DNA of 64,000 nucleotides from Candidatus Latescibacterota bacterium (GTDB lineage Bacteria; Latescibacterota; CBDEFO01), in NCBI GenBank assembly GCA_965248755.1, contig OZ252149.1:1248001-1312000 (forward strand), written 5' to 3'. Positions 30,600 to 41,020 of this stretch are shown in pieces. Each line of letters starts with the position of its first letter. The stretch's first letter is position 1. A model generated the notes under the pieces. The model saw nothing but the letters and a program-made list of their open reading frames with translations, did no database searches and was not told where the DNA came from. A program made the translations under genes and the position numbers.

Positions 30600-32462
30600 A
30601 TGTTTTTATCAGAACTTAAGATATGGAACTTTAGAAAATACGGCTCAGGCGAGGACGATGCTCCAGGGTTATATCTAGAGCTAAACAGAGGCCTAAATTT
30701 ACTTGTTGGTGAAAATGATTCAGGTAAAACAGCAATAATTGACGCGATAAAATACGTTCTACAAACACAAAGCCATGATAATCAGAAGTTAGAAGAAGAA
30801 GACTTTTTTCTACTACCGGGGGTAGAACCGACAGATGCAAATAGAGCAAAATCGTTTAAGATAGAATGTATATTTCGCGGTTTTCATGTTGAAAATAATG
30901 AAGCGGCTAATTTCATAGAATGGCTTGGTATCGAAAAGAATGGAAACGGTCATGACCAGTATTTTCTCAAAGTTATCCTGAATGCTGAACGGAAGGATAG
31001 AAAAACTACTTATGACATAAACGCTGGTCCTGATGACGAAGGAACTCAACTTGATGGAGCAGCAAGGGATTTTCTAAGAGTAACCTACCTGAAGCCACTA
31101 AGGGATGCGGAAAGAGAACTTATTCCAGGAAGAAGCTCCCGATTAGCTCAAATCCTAAAAAGCCATGAGGCTTTTTCTTCAGTTCCAGAGGCGGAACATC
31201 CAATTACCAAAATTGCTAAGAGTGCGAATAAACAAATCGAAGGTTTCTTCCGAGGGAAAGGTGAAGACGATAATGATATTTCAGACCAGTCTGAAAAAAA
31301 ATTGCTGTCAGATATAAATGAATATTTGAAAGAGTTCTTCACAGAAAAAGAAATTAACAAAATCGCTAAATTCACGATTTCCGGTCAAGGCTTGTCGGGT
31401 ATTTTAGAGAAGCTTATTCTTGATTTGGCTGAAGGAAATTCGGGCTTGGGTTCTTATAACCGGCTATATGTGGCTACAGAATTACTTCTCTTAAAGCGCA
31501 CTAACTATTACGGCTTGAAACTGTCATTGATTGAAGAAGTTGAGGCTCATCTACATCCACAAGCGCAATTGAGATTAATCGAGTATCTACGAGATGAAAT
31601 AGCGGAAAAATCTGCTGTTCAATTAATAATGACAACTCATAGCCCTAACTTGGCTTCAAAAGTTAAACTTGATAATCTTATAATTTGTAAGGGTGACAAA
31701 GCTTTCCCTATGGGAAGTGATATTACTGAATTGGAAAAAGGAGATTATCTATTTTTGGAGCGTTTCTTAGATGCTACAAAGGCTAATTTATTCTTTGCAC
31801 AGGGAGTTATTTTAGTTGAGGGCTATGCAGAAGAGATTTTGATTCCGGTTATAGCAGATATTCTTGGCAAGCCGTTTACAAAATATGGTGTATCGATTGT
31901 GAATGTTCAAAGCACTGCTTTCCTGAGGTATTCAAGAATTTTCAAAAGAAAATCGAGAGAAGGAATGGATGTTAAAGTAGCTGTGGTAACCGATAACGAC
32001 ATTAAACCTGGTTCAGGACTTACTGAAAAGCAGATTAGAGATAAGAGAACAGAGAAAGAGGCAAAATATAATGGACAAGGAATTAAGACCTTCATTTCAC
32101 CAGATTGGACTTTGGAATACGATATTGCTTTAAGCGGACTTAAGAAAGAGTTTTATTCTGCCTTGCTTCGGGCAGAGAAAATTAAAAATAGTGATACTAA
32201 CGGTTTGACATGTGACAAAATCACTGAAGTAAAAGAAAAGGTCGAGACTGCCTTTGCCTCCTGGACTATAGAGAAAAAAGCAGATAGAGAAATTGCAAAA
32301 GCAATTTACGAAGGTTACATACTTCGTAAAGAGATTTCTAAGCCAATCGTTGCTCAGTGCTTTGCCTCATTACTAAAAGAATGTGTAGGAATGAAAGAAC
32401 AGATTGAGGTTGACGAAAAATTGAAATATCTCGTGGATGCTATTAAATATGTTACGGAATGA
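30600..32462 (+). CDS. gajA: OLD-family ABC-ATPase/TOPRIM nuclease (Gabija GajA-like)
   Basis: GENDSGKT, LIEEVEAHLHPQ, TTHS, ILVEG and DND motifs. Followed by a UvrD gene. Confidence 0.85.
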   Translation: MFLSELKIWNFRKYGSGEDDAPGLYLELNRGLNLLVGENDSGKTAIIDAIKYVLQTQSHDNQKLEEEDFFLLPGVEPTDANRAKSFKIECIFRGFHVENNEAANFIEWLGIEKNGNGHDQYFLKVILNAERKDRKTTYDINAGPDDEGTQLDGAARDFLRVTYLKPLRDAERELIPGRSSRLAQILKSHEAFSSVPEAEHPITKIAKSANKQIEGFFRGKGEDDNDISDQSEKKLLSDINEYLKEFFTEKEINKIAKFTISGQGLSGILEKLILDLAEGNSGLGSYNRLYVATELLLLKRTNYYGLKLSLIEEVEAHLHPQAQLRLIEYLRDEIAEKSAVQLIMTTHSPNLASKVKLDNLIICKGDKAFPMGSDITELEKGDYLFLERFLDATKANLFFAQGVILVEGYAEEILIPVIADILGKPFTKYGVSIVNVQSTAFLRYSRIFKRKSREGMDVKVAVVTDNDIKPGSGLTEKQIRDKRTEKEAKYNGQGIKTFISPDWTLEYDIALSGLKKEFYSALLRAEKIKNSDTNGLTCDKITEVKEKVETAFASWTIEKKADREIAKAIYEGYILRKEISKPIVAQCFASLLKECVGMKEQIEVDEKLKYLVDAIKYVTE

Positions 32463-32541
32463 CAAATGCGAATAATCATTACCAATGACGATATCATACC
32501 GCTCCCCTTGACAGAGCGACAAATATTTCGCAAATTGGGGT

Positions 32542-32871
32542 TTGAGAAGGGAGGTCAAGGTGTCGAGCCCCGAAGTGAAAGATGGTAAGCGCTGGACGGC
32601 GACCCGTAAGGGAGAGATTGTGTTGGCTCTTTTGAGAGGAGCAGATCTATCTGAGGTGTGTCGTAAGAATGGAATTAGCCAGTCGCAGGCGTATGCTTGG
32701 CGTGATAGTTTCTTAGAAGGGGGCCAGGAGAGTCTGAAGTCTCGGCGTGGTCGCAAGGATCCGAAGGAGCGAGAGGTTAGCCGGTTGGAGCGCAAGGTAG
32801 GGCAGTTGACGCTCCAGTTGGAGATACTCGAAGAGGTAGCCCGTCTAAAAAAAACGAAGCGGTTGCCTTGA
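32542..32871 (+). CDS. IS3-family OrfA (HTH)
   Basis: RWTATRKGEIVL...EVCRKNGISQSQAYAWR...LERKVGQLTL. Confidence 0.85.
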   Translation: MRREVKVSSPEVKDGKRWTATRKGEIVLALLRGADLSEVCRKNGISQSQAYAWRDSFLEGGQESLKSRRGRKDPKEREVSRLERKVGQLTLQLEILEEVARLKKTKRLP

Positions 32872-33731
32872 GTGGGCGGTTTTTGGGTCGAGGCTATTCC
32901 CGCAAGGTGGTAGCTTTGGCTTTGGGTTTGCATCGTTCGACTCTGTATAGGTTTAGGGATAGAGGTGTCAGTTCTTCTGTTAAAGAGCCTGTGATAGATG
33001 AGGAGCTTGCTTTTCGTATTCGAGGGATACTGGACCAAGAAGAGGCATTTGGTCACAGGCGGGTTTGGGCGCATCTTCGTTTCAAGGAAGGGGAATGTGT
33101 CAACGTTAAGAAGGTTCATAGGATAATGAAGCTTAAGGGGTGGCAGTGTAAGCTGTGGAATCGTCCCGGGAGAAAGGGGCCACAGGTTGCCCAGAAGCGT
33201 TCTGTGGTGGATAGTCCCGACAGTTTGTGGTCGAGTGACTTGACAAAGATTTACTGTGGAAAAGATGGTTGGTGTCCTCTTATTGCGGTGGTGGACAACG
33301 GAAGCCGGGAGGTTCCTGGGTATCGTTTTAGTCGAAAAGGGAGGGCACTGGAGGCCACAGATGCCCTGGATCGGGCCGTGATCTCTCGATACACTTCCAA
33401 GGAGGCTGTCCCCCAGGGTCTCACTTTGCGCTCTGACAATGGTTCCATCTTTTTGGCTCGGGCCTATTTGGCCAGTACCGAATATTGGGGAATTCGTCAG
33501 GAATACATACCAAGTGGTAAACCCGATTGGAACGGTGTTGTAGAGCGTTTTTTCAGGACCCTCAAGCAAGAGTGTGTTTGGCTTCACAAGTTTGAATCCT
33601 TTGAACAGGCTGAGAAGATCATATCTCAGTGGATCGATAATTACAACAAGAACAGGCTTCATTCATCCCTGGGATATAAGACCCCAAAAGAGTGGAGAAA
33701 ACAATTTTATCTACTACCCCAGGTTGCTTAA
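32868..33731 (+). CDS. IS3-family OrfB (rve/DDE integrase core)
   Basis: WSSDLT, LRSDNGS, NGVVERFFRTLKQE, RLHSSLGY. Confidence 0.9.
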   Translation: MSGRFLGRGYSRKVVALALGLHRSTLYRFRDRGVSSSVKEPVIDEELAFRIRGILDQEEAFGHRRVWAHLRFKEGECVNVKKVHRIMKLKGWQCKLWNRPGRKGPQVAQKRSVVDSPDSLWSSDLTKIYCGKDGWCPLIAVVDNGSREVPGYRFSRKGRALEATDALDRAVISRYTSKEAVPQGLTLRSDNGSIFLARAYLASTEYWGIRQEYIPSGKPDWNGVVERFFRTLKQECVWLHKFESFEQAEKIISQWIDNYNKNRLHSSLGYKTPKEWRKQFYLLPQVA

Positions 33732-35055
33732 TTGGTGTCGCTTTCCTGGGAAGCAGTACAATATTTCTTGGGCAGAAAGAATTCTTTTACCGCCCGGTGA
33801 GCACTTCGATAAAGAACAAAAGGTAGTAATAAAATGTTTTGAAACCAAAGATATTCTTGCCTGCCCGGGTAGTGGTAAAACAAAGGCTTTGATTGCCAAG
33901 TTGTTGATTTTGTCCCGGCAAATGCCTCTTGAAAATAATAGGGGTATTTGCGTATTAACTCACACAAATGTGGCTATAAATGAAATAAAAAGCCACGCTT
34001 ACTTTGCTTCTAAAAAGCTCTCTAATTACCCAAATCATTTTGGGACAATTCAAAGTTTCGTGGATAAATATCTTGCGATACCGACGTATATCAATCAGTT
34101 CAACCGAAGACCATTATTCATAAACAACGAAATTTATCTTGATAGGATGGAAAGAACGAGAAAATATTTAGGTAGAAAAACAAATGCATTTTGCTATCAG
34201 AGCGGTCATAAAGATTTGCCTTATTCACTTAGATTTGAAGATTTTTCCCTGGATGATAATGGTATATGTAAAAGACTTAAATTAGATTCAAATGATACAA
34301 CTCAAAGAGCACACTATGATAGATTGCTAAGACTAAAAGAACGGATACTTTTGGATGGAATACTAAGCTATGATGATGCATATTATATAGCAGAAAGACA
34401 CATTGAAAAGCACCCTAATTTGAAAAACGTATTTGCAAAAAGATTTGCCTATGTTTTCATAGATGAAATGCAGGATTCAAGTACAATACAGTCCGAACTG
34501 ATGAATAAAATATTCAATGATAATGTTGTTATTCAAAAAATAGGTGATTTAAATCAATCAATATTTGACTATGACCCTAACTTGGAATGCGGTTGGGCAG
34601 TAATTGACGACAGAACTATGTGTATTACAGGTAGTAAAAGATTTTCTAACGCTATAGCAAGCAAGGTTGAAAAACTTTGTGTTTTCCGGCAGACAATAAC
34701 GGGAAATGGCAGGCAAAATGAAATTACTCCTGTTATCATTGTTTATGATGATTATACTATTCAGCAGGTATTAGATAAATTCGGTGAAATAATTATCAGA
34801 AATAATCTACATCAGAATGAGAAAAGGGTATTTAAAGCAGTTGGATGGCGTGGAAAACCGCATGACACAAAAAGAACTATACCAAGTTATTGGGACGGCT
34901 ACTCCAAAGAAATAAAAGTTAAAAAAACTGAATTTAGTAATCTAAAAAGTTATTTAGCTCCACAATCTGATAGTTTTATTTCATCTAATGGAGTTAATTT
35001 TTACAAGAAGAGGTTAGGGGAAGCTTTCTTAAAGTGCTTAAGAATTGCAGGAGTA

Positions 35056-36343
35056 CATACCGCTCCCCTTGACAGGGCGACAAATATTTTGCAAATTGGG
35101 GTTTGAGAAAGGAGGTCAAGGTGTCAAGCCCCGAAGTGAAAGATGGTAAGCGCTGGACGGCGACCCGTAAGGTAGAGGTGGTGTTGGCTGTTTTGAAAGG
35201 AGCGAATGTATCAGAGGTGTGTTGGAAGAATGGAATTAGCCAGTCACAGGCGTATGCTTGGCGTGATAGTTTCTTGGAAGGAGGCCAGGAGAGTCTGAAG
35301 TCTCGGCGTGGTCGCAAGGATGCGAAGGAGCGGGAGGTCAGCCGGTTGGAGCGTAAGGTAGGGCACTTAACCCTCCAGTTGGAGATACTCGAGGAGGTAG
35401 CCCGTCTAAAAAAAACGAAGCGGTTGCCTTGAGTGAGCGGTTTTTGGGTCGAGGCTATTCCCGGAAGGTGGTAGCTTTGGCTTTGGGTTTGCATCGTTCG
35501 ACTCTGTGTAGGCTTAGGTATAGAGGTGTCAGTTCTTCTGTCGAAGAGTCTGTGATAGATGAACAGCTTGCTTTTCGTATTCGAGGGATACTCGACCAAG
35601 AAGAGGCATTTGGTCACAGGCGGGTTTGGGCGCATCTTCGTTTCAAGGAAGGGGCATATGTCAACATCAAGAAGGTTCATAGGATAATGAAGCTTAAGGG
35701 GTGGCAGTGTAAGCTGTGGAATCCCCGATAGAATCAATCGGGGACCCCGGGAGAAAGGGGCCACAGGTTGCCCAGAAGCGTTCTGTGATGGATCGTCCTG
35801 ACAGTCTCTGGTCGGCTGACTTGACCAAGATCTATTGTGGGGAAGATGGTTGGTGTCCTCTTATTGCGGTGGTGGACAACGGGAGTCGGGAGGTTCCCCG
35901 GGTATCGTTTTAGTCGAAAAGGGAGGGCACTGGAGGCCACAGATGCCCTGGATCGGGCCGTGATCTCTCGATACACTTCCTAAGGAGGCTGTCCCCCAGG
36001 GTCTCACTTTGCGCTCTGACAACGGCTCCATCTTTTTGTCTCGGACCTATTTGGCAAGTACCGAATATTGGGACATTCGTCAAGAATATATTCCGAGCGG
36101 AAAGGCCGATTGGAACGGGGTCATAGAACGTTTTTTCAGGACCCTCAAGCAGGAGTGTGTGTGGCTTCACAATTTCAAGTCCTTTGAACAAGCTGAGAAG
36201 ATCATATCTCAGTGGATCGATAATTACAACAAGAACTGGCTTCATTCATCTCTGGGATACAAGACCCCGGAAGAGTGGAGAAAACAATTTTATCTGCTAC
36301 CCCAAGTTGCTTAATTGATGTCGCTTTTCTGGGGGGCAGTACA
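35056..36343 (+). mobile_element. IS3-family element copy 2, inactivated (palindrome insertion and frameshifts), no TSD
   Basis: Colinear with copy 1. OrfB is broken at ~35722 and ~35898. The flanks belong to different genes. Confidence 0.9.
35721..35745 (+). repeat. ~24-bp palindromic mini-element, copy A
   Basis: ATCCCCGATAGAATCAATCGGGGAC, absent from IS copy 1. Confidence 0.85.
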
Positions 36344-37079
36344 ATCTATAAATTACGTTTCTATTAGTAGTTCCATTTCAGCAAATCGTATTACCGATGA
36401 CTGGAAAATCCGATCGTGGACAAACGTACGGTATAGTAAACAAACCTTTGCGATAAACGACGAAAAGATATCCAGCATAGATAGGAATTATTATTTTTCG
36501 AGCACCATCGTAAAAAGTCTAACCAACCATTGGTCAGCCGGATTTTCCGGAACGGCTTCTTCTTCGACTTTCAGTAATACGGGTTTAGAAGTAGTAGTGG
36601 CGCCAGCATTCGAGTATAATCTTTTCCCATACTCCGAATCCACGCGAAGAGAGCTGCGTTTTCTATACCGCATTAATTACAATGCATTTCGCTATGTGGA
36701 GGAAACCATTTTTCAAAAAAGATCAGAGAAACTGTTTAGCGAGGAGTTGTCTGTGACCCTCAAAACCACACAGCTCTGGGGCTCAGCTACATTCAATTTA
36801 AAAGGCTCCCACTTCCTTCACGATTTCAGGAAGAATCGCTTGGTGCTATTTGGTGGATTGCAATTTCGCATGTTCAAGGGGTTTTCCTTGAATCTATATG
36901 GAAATATTTCAAGAATTCGAGATCAATTGTCCCTACGCAAGGGCGAGGCCAGCGCTGAAGAAGTTTTATTGCGACGTCGTGAACTTGCTACTTCTTACAG
37001 TTATTACACGTCAATCGGTCTAAGGTACACCTTCGGCTCAATTTATAGAAATATTGTTAACCCCCGTTTTGGAGGATAG
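36344..37079 (+). pseudogene. C-terminal part of an outer-membrane beta-barrel-like protein, 5'-truncated by IS
   Basis: Alternating aromatic beta-strands, ending YTFGSIYRNIVNPRFGG. Confidence 0.6.
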
Positions 37080-37121
37080 CGATTGTTTAATTGAGCAATC
37101 ACTGAGTAGAAGTAACAAACT

Positions 37122-37320
37122 ATGAAACCTTTTAAGCTAGGACTAATCGGCTGTAGCATCGCGGCCAAGGATCTTCATTGGCCAGCTCTGAATAAATTGC
37201 AAGACAAATTCGAGATTACGGTTGTGTGCAACCGGAGCGAACCGAAGGCCGCAGAGTTTGCTCACATGGTGGGCGACCTTCCGCACGTGCTCGACTACAG
37301 AGAGCTCTTAGACCGTCAGG
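37122..37320 (+). pseudogene. Truncated Gfo/Idh/MocA oxidoreductase
   Basis: KLGLIGCS...VVCNRS...DYRELLD, then the similarity ends. Confidence 0.75.
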
Positions 37321-37487
37321 TAGGACTCTATAGATTCCGTAGCCCTTTTCCCAAAGCTCACAAAGTATTGAATAGATATTCCGATAAACAAGGATTTGGA
37401 GCACTGATTACACAGTATATTTTTAGTTCACGCTAAAGATAACCCAATATGTAGGCCCTACCACTTATTTTTCGGATCATCTAATAC

Positions 37488-37520
37488 ACAGCCCGTCTTT
37501 CTGACGGGCTGTCTTTTCTT
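37488..37520 (+). terminator. Intrinsic terminator
   Basis: ACAGCCCGTC-TTTCT-GACGGGCTGT followed by a T-rich tract. Confidence 0.65.
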
Positions 37521-37562
37521 GGGTCATTTTCGAACTGAGTTTTCTTAGCCCTGCAAAGTATA

Positions 37563-38672
37563 TCACAAAATACTTGTGTCGGGTAAAGGCACATGGTATC
37601 CACCTTTGATAAAGATAGAGAGAAGAGAGTCGAGAATCAAGACAGGGAAGTCAAAAAGTTGAGGATTGAGGTTTTCTGTGGGTTGGTGTTGGGTGGTTAT
37701 TTGTAAAGGGGTTTTGAAGTCTTTATAGCTATTATGTCTTTGGGTATTGAACAACCATTGATAGGTTTGGAGTTTCCGGCAGAGGTTGGCACGGTTGGTA
37801 ATCTTGACGGTGTCGTAGAATTCGTATTCGATTAGGCCGTGGGCGCGTTCTACATCGGATTGGTATGTAGTAGCCCCTGGTGGGATGCGTTTATGTTCTA
37901 TGCCTCTTTGTTGGATGAGGTCGGTAAAGAGGGTCTTTTTGAGGGCATCCTTTGTATTGACGAATTCTGTTCCGTTGTCGGTCTGGATCTTTCGTGGATA
38001 GACCTTGTGGTCTTCCAGGTGTTGGAGTAATGCTTCGGCCAAGATGCAGGAGTTGATCAGGCTCTGTTCGTCTGCCAGGCTTACGAAGAGGCCGCCTGTC
38101 TTGATATCTCTGGCAGTATACTCAAACATAGGGAGTTGGGCACCTGTTTTGTAGTGTTGTTTCAGGTAGTTGGGGATATCGCACAGATGTTTGACATCGA
38201 TCTGGATATATTCAAAAGGGCGTAGTTTCTTTTTCCACTGGCACACAAGTTTCTTTCTCCTCCATTTTCGCCTGCGTTTCTTTATGAGATTGTGTTTTTT
38301 CCAGATAGCATAGGCAGTCTGTTTGGAGGGGATTTGATCAGTTGGAACATTTTGTTTTTGGAGAAAGCCCAATAGATAGGGATATCCCAAAGAAGGATGG
38401 GTCTGTCGGAACTTTACGATGAGCTTTCTGATCTCCTCCGGTAACAAACAGTGAGGGTTTATGGGTGCTTTCGTATGATTTTCTAGACTCTTCAAGGATC
38501 GGTCTTCAAGATAACGTTTCAGCCATTTTCTTATACTCTTGCGTGTTGTATTAAAAGCCCTTGCAGCATACGAGACACCGTATTGTTGAGCAGTCTGAAC
38601 CATCTTGATACGAAGATCAACAGGATTACGATTAAGAACAAGAACATCACTATAAGTGATAGCATTCTCCAT
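37563..38672 (-). CDS. IS481-like DDE transposase
   Basis: N-terminal HTH (KSIRKWLKRY), IQIDVKH, IQTDNGTEF, SDVERAH. Confidence 0.88.
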   Translation of the reverse strand: MENAITYSDVLVLNRNPVDLRIKMVQTAQQYGVSYAARAFNTTRKSIRKWLKRYLEDRSLKSLENHTKAPINPHCLLPEEIRKLIVKFRQTHPSLGYPYLLGFLQKQNVPTDQIPSKQTAYAIWKKHNLIKKRRRKWRRKKLVCQWKKKLRPFEYIQIDVKHLCDIPNYLKQHYKTGAQLPMFEYTARDIKTGGLFVSLADEQSLINSCILAEALLQHLEDHKVYPRKIQTDNGTEFVNTKDALKKTLFTDLIQQRGIEHKRIPPGATTYQSDVERAHGLIEYEFYDTVKITNRANLCRKLQTYQWLFNTQRHNSYKDFKTPLQITTQHQPTENLNPQLFDFPVLILDSLLSIFIKGGYHVPLPDTSIL

Positions 38673-38757
38673 GGTATCTACCCTCCTTTTTTCAGTCCTC
38701 ACCTAAATATAGACAAAATTATCCCATAAGGGTGGATACCATGTGTCTTTACTCTTC
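37577..38757 (-). mobile_element. IS481/IS1202-like insertion sequence with a long (15-16 bp) target duplication
   Basis: IR GTAAAG(G/A)CACATGGTATCCACC at both ends. Direct repeat TATCACAAAATACTTG at 37561-76 and 38758-73. Confidence 0.85.
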
Positions 38758-38884
38758 TATCACAAAATACTTGACTGTTGCTTGTGATAGTGGTATTTTT
38801 ATCTGGAACAAATCAGCATTAGAACTACCGAATACCAGAAAGCTCATTCTACCAGGTACGATAACTCAGATGAAACCGGCAAAT

Positions 38885-39279
38885 TCATCGCCCTTTTCCC
38901 TTAAACCTTCTTGCCTTGTGTCTGAACAACCTTTTCAACTCCAATAATTCCTGTTCATTGAATATTCTGAAATTACTTTGGGGCTCTCTTCTAGGCTTTG
39001 GAAACCAGCCCTGTTTCTCCCAATCTTTATACGTGGTTCTTGAAATATGCAGAACTTCGCACACATCTTTAGTCCTGTATTTGTCCTTCTTGCTAATCTG
39101 CAAGTCGTCAACAAACAGCCTGTCTTGCAGTCTGAACTCCCTAAAATTATCATAGGTAGTAATGTCCTCGTAGTATCGAGACGATAGTTAGAAGGCGGAA
39201 CTTTTGGGATACTATTGGGATACAACTTTTCCTTTTCAAGCTGTTTCGTGACTTTTCGTACAACTTCGCCTACTTTCAT
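38885..39279 (-). pseudogene. MerR-type HTH (excisionase-like) gene, apparently frameshifted
   Basis: YRTKDVCEVLHISRTTYKDWEKQG..PKPRR..SNFRIF. An upstream ATG at 39279 lies in another frame. Adjacent to the att fragment. Confidence 0.6.
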
Positions 39280-39361
39280 CTATTGGTGTAAGGTTTTGGA
39301 GGACAAAATCTTAGCCTGCACAAGTACTTGATATATAGTGACTTAAAACTAGAGCTTTCAA

Positions 39362-39406
39362 CTCCGGAACCAAAGGTCGCGCGTTCGAATCGCGCATAGC
39401 CCTCCA
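39362..39406 (+). tRNA. 3' fragment of tRNA-Arg(CCG), an att-site remnant and not a complete tRNA
   Basis: CT-CCG-GA anticodon loop, AGGTC, T-arm GCGCG-TTCGAAT-CGCGC, ends CCA. No 5' acceptor strand or D arm. Confidence 0.8.
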
Positions 39407-39410
39407 ACTG

Positions 39411-39445
39411 TTAATCCCTGTAATTAAAACAGTTACAGGGATTAA
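39411..39445. terminator. Hairpin directly after the tRNA fragment
   Basis: TTAATCCCTGTAA...TTACAGGGATTAA. Confidence 0.65.
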
Positions 39446-39469
39446 TCATTTCTTAATTCGGCTTATTTT

Positions 39470-40350
39470 TCACCGTATTTCTACTATTTTTCTACTAAAC
39501 GATCCGAAAACCCTTGTGTCAAGCCGTTCCGCTGCCTCTTTGTGTGCTTCCGGCATGAGATGCCCACATCGGTCAAATGTGATCTGGATGGAAGAGTGCC
39601 CTAACTGACTCTGAATGTACTTGGGACTTTCCCTTTGGGTGATCAATAGGCTGGCGTAAGTATGACGCAGATCGTGGAACCGGATTGCCGGATGCCCGCA
39701 TCCTTCAAATACCTGTGGAACTCCCGCTTTCTTACTGTATCCGGATCAAGAGGTGTTCCATCCTCATGGCAGAACACCAGGTCTAGATCCTGGTAGGCCG
39801 GGCCCCAATATCAGCTTCTCCTCGTTCTGACGTGCCCGGTGCGCCCTAAGCGAGTCCATTAGGGTAGGAGACAGGTTGATCGCCCTTCTGGAGGTAGCTG
39901 ACTTCGGTTCGACTAAACTCTTCCTGTATAGTGCCTCTCTGACGAAGTACTGCTCTCTGTTCCAGTCGATGTTACTCCACTTCATAGCTAATAATTCTCC
40001 TCGACGCATGCAGGTCATAACAGCAGTGAGGAACAGCGCATACCAGTTCTGTGGCACGTGATTCAGGAAGATATGGATTTCCTCCACCGTCATAAAATCC
40101 ATCTCGTAGTGGGAAACTTTGGGTACCTCGATGTACAGTGCCGGACTCTCCCGAAGATAACCCCATCTTACGGCGTGCTTTAACATTTCCTTGAGTGGAA
40201 CCAGCGTGTTCTTGATCGGCTGCGGCGCTAACTTCCCTCTCTTTTTCTGGGAAACATATTGTTGGACGTCCTCCGGTGTAATCGCTGTTAGCTCGTACCT
40301 TCCGAAGAACGGTTTAAGGTGCCGCTTGATGTTGCTCTTGTAGGAACGGT
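39470..40350 (-). pseudogene. Degraded phage-type tyrosine integrase
   Basis: TCMRRGEL, IRFHDLRHTYAS, QLGHSS and DRCGHL (catalytic Tyr replaced by Cys). Frameshifts, and the N-terminus is deleted. Confidence 0.88.
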
Positions 40351-40478
40351 GTGCCGATTCCGACCGCGTTGCATGCTGTGCTGACGAAGTTGCCATCTTT
40401 CAAGATGTCACATAGAACCTGTTGCAGATCAGGCGTTAGCTTCGTCTTTCGACCAACCTTCTTTGAATTCTTATTCAT
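40350..40478 (-). pseudogene. Terminase-small-subunit/HTH-like fragment joined to the integrase remnant
   Basis: MNKNSKKVGRKTKLTPDLQQVLCDILKDGNFVSTACNAVGI after a GGAGG RBS. Confidence 0.55.
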
Positions 40479-41020
40479 AGTTTTGCCTCCTTTACGTCTG
40501 CCAATAAAAAAGCCGACGACTCGATGGGGTACCCAGTCATCGGCTTTTACTCTCAGCGCTGTCCTGCGGAGGAGCTGTCTCAATAGGCTTGTTGGCAATG
40601 TAAACTATAGCAGCGTTCTTATGAAACTAAATATACAAGATAATCTTTCCTTATGCAAGTTTTATTGAGCTTGCAATGCGACTGCTGACCGACGGTGACC
40701 AAATAGTATCCATAGCCTGTCAAAAGTAGTTCAGAGAAGCCAGCTCCTACGCTCCAAATTGTTCCGTTTATCCGCGCACTAATTATACAAAAGAATCGGA
40801 ACAGAAGCAAGGCAATTTCAGGGTTATTAAGTGCTTCCTGAGGAAGGTGTCAAGTCCTCAAAATCTACTATGGTGTGCGGTTAGAGGACCTGCCGAAGGT
40901 TTTGGCTTAAGTGGTGGTTGAGGAGGTGCGATCAAAGCGGAGCTGATTAGAAAGAAGGCCCCTCTCTGGGTCCAGTTGCTCGTAGCGTTGCATATCCAAC
41001 AAGATCCACGTCGCGATTAT

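Larger units (their letters stand above)
32495..33760 (+). mobile_element. IS3-family element, intact copy 1
   Basis: Imperfect IRs (CATACCGCTCCCC...GAGCGACA / TGTCGC...GCAGTACA), ATAT duplication at 32491-94 and 33761-64, A8 slippery run near the orfA end. Confidence 0.9.
32466..35055 (+). pseudogene. gajB: UvrD-like helicase (Gabija GajB-like), split by one IS and truncated by a second
   Basis: MRIIITNDD|ISWAERIL rejoins across the IS. ACPGSGKT, LTHTN, FIDEMQD and GDLNQSI motifs. C-terminus lost at 35056. Confidence 0.85.

Noticed and set aside
32373..33662. 429-aa minus-strand ORF (and 34994-35764)
   Set aside because: Antisense shadow of IS3 orfA/orfB.
39340..39406. Complete tRNA-Arg gene
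   Set aside because: The 5' acceptor strand and D arm cannot be paired. Only the 3' half is present.
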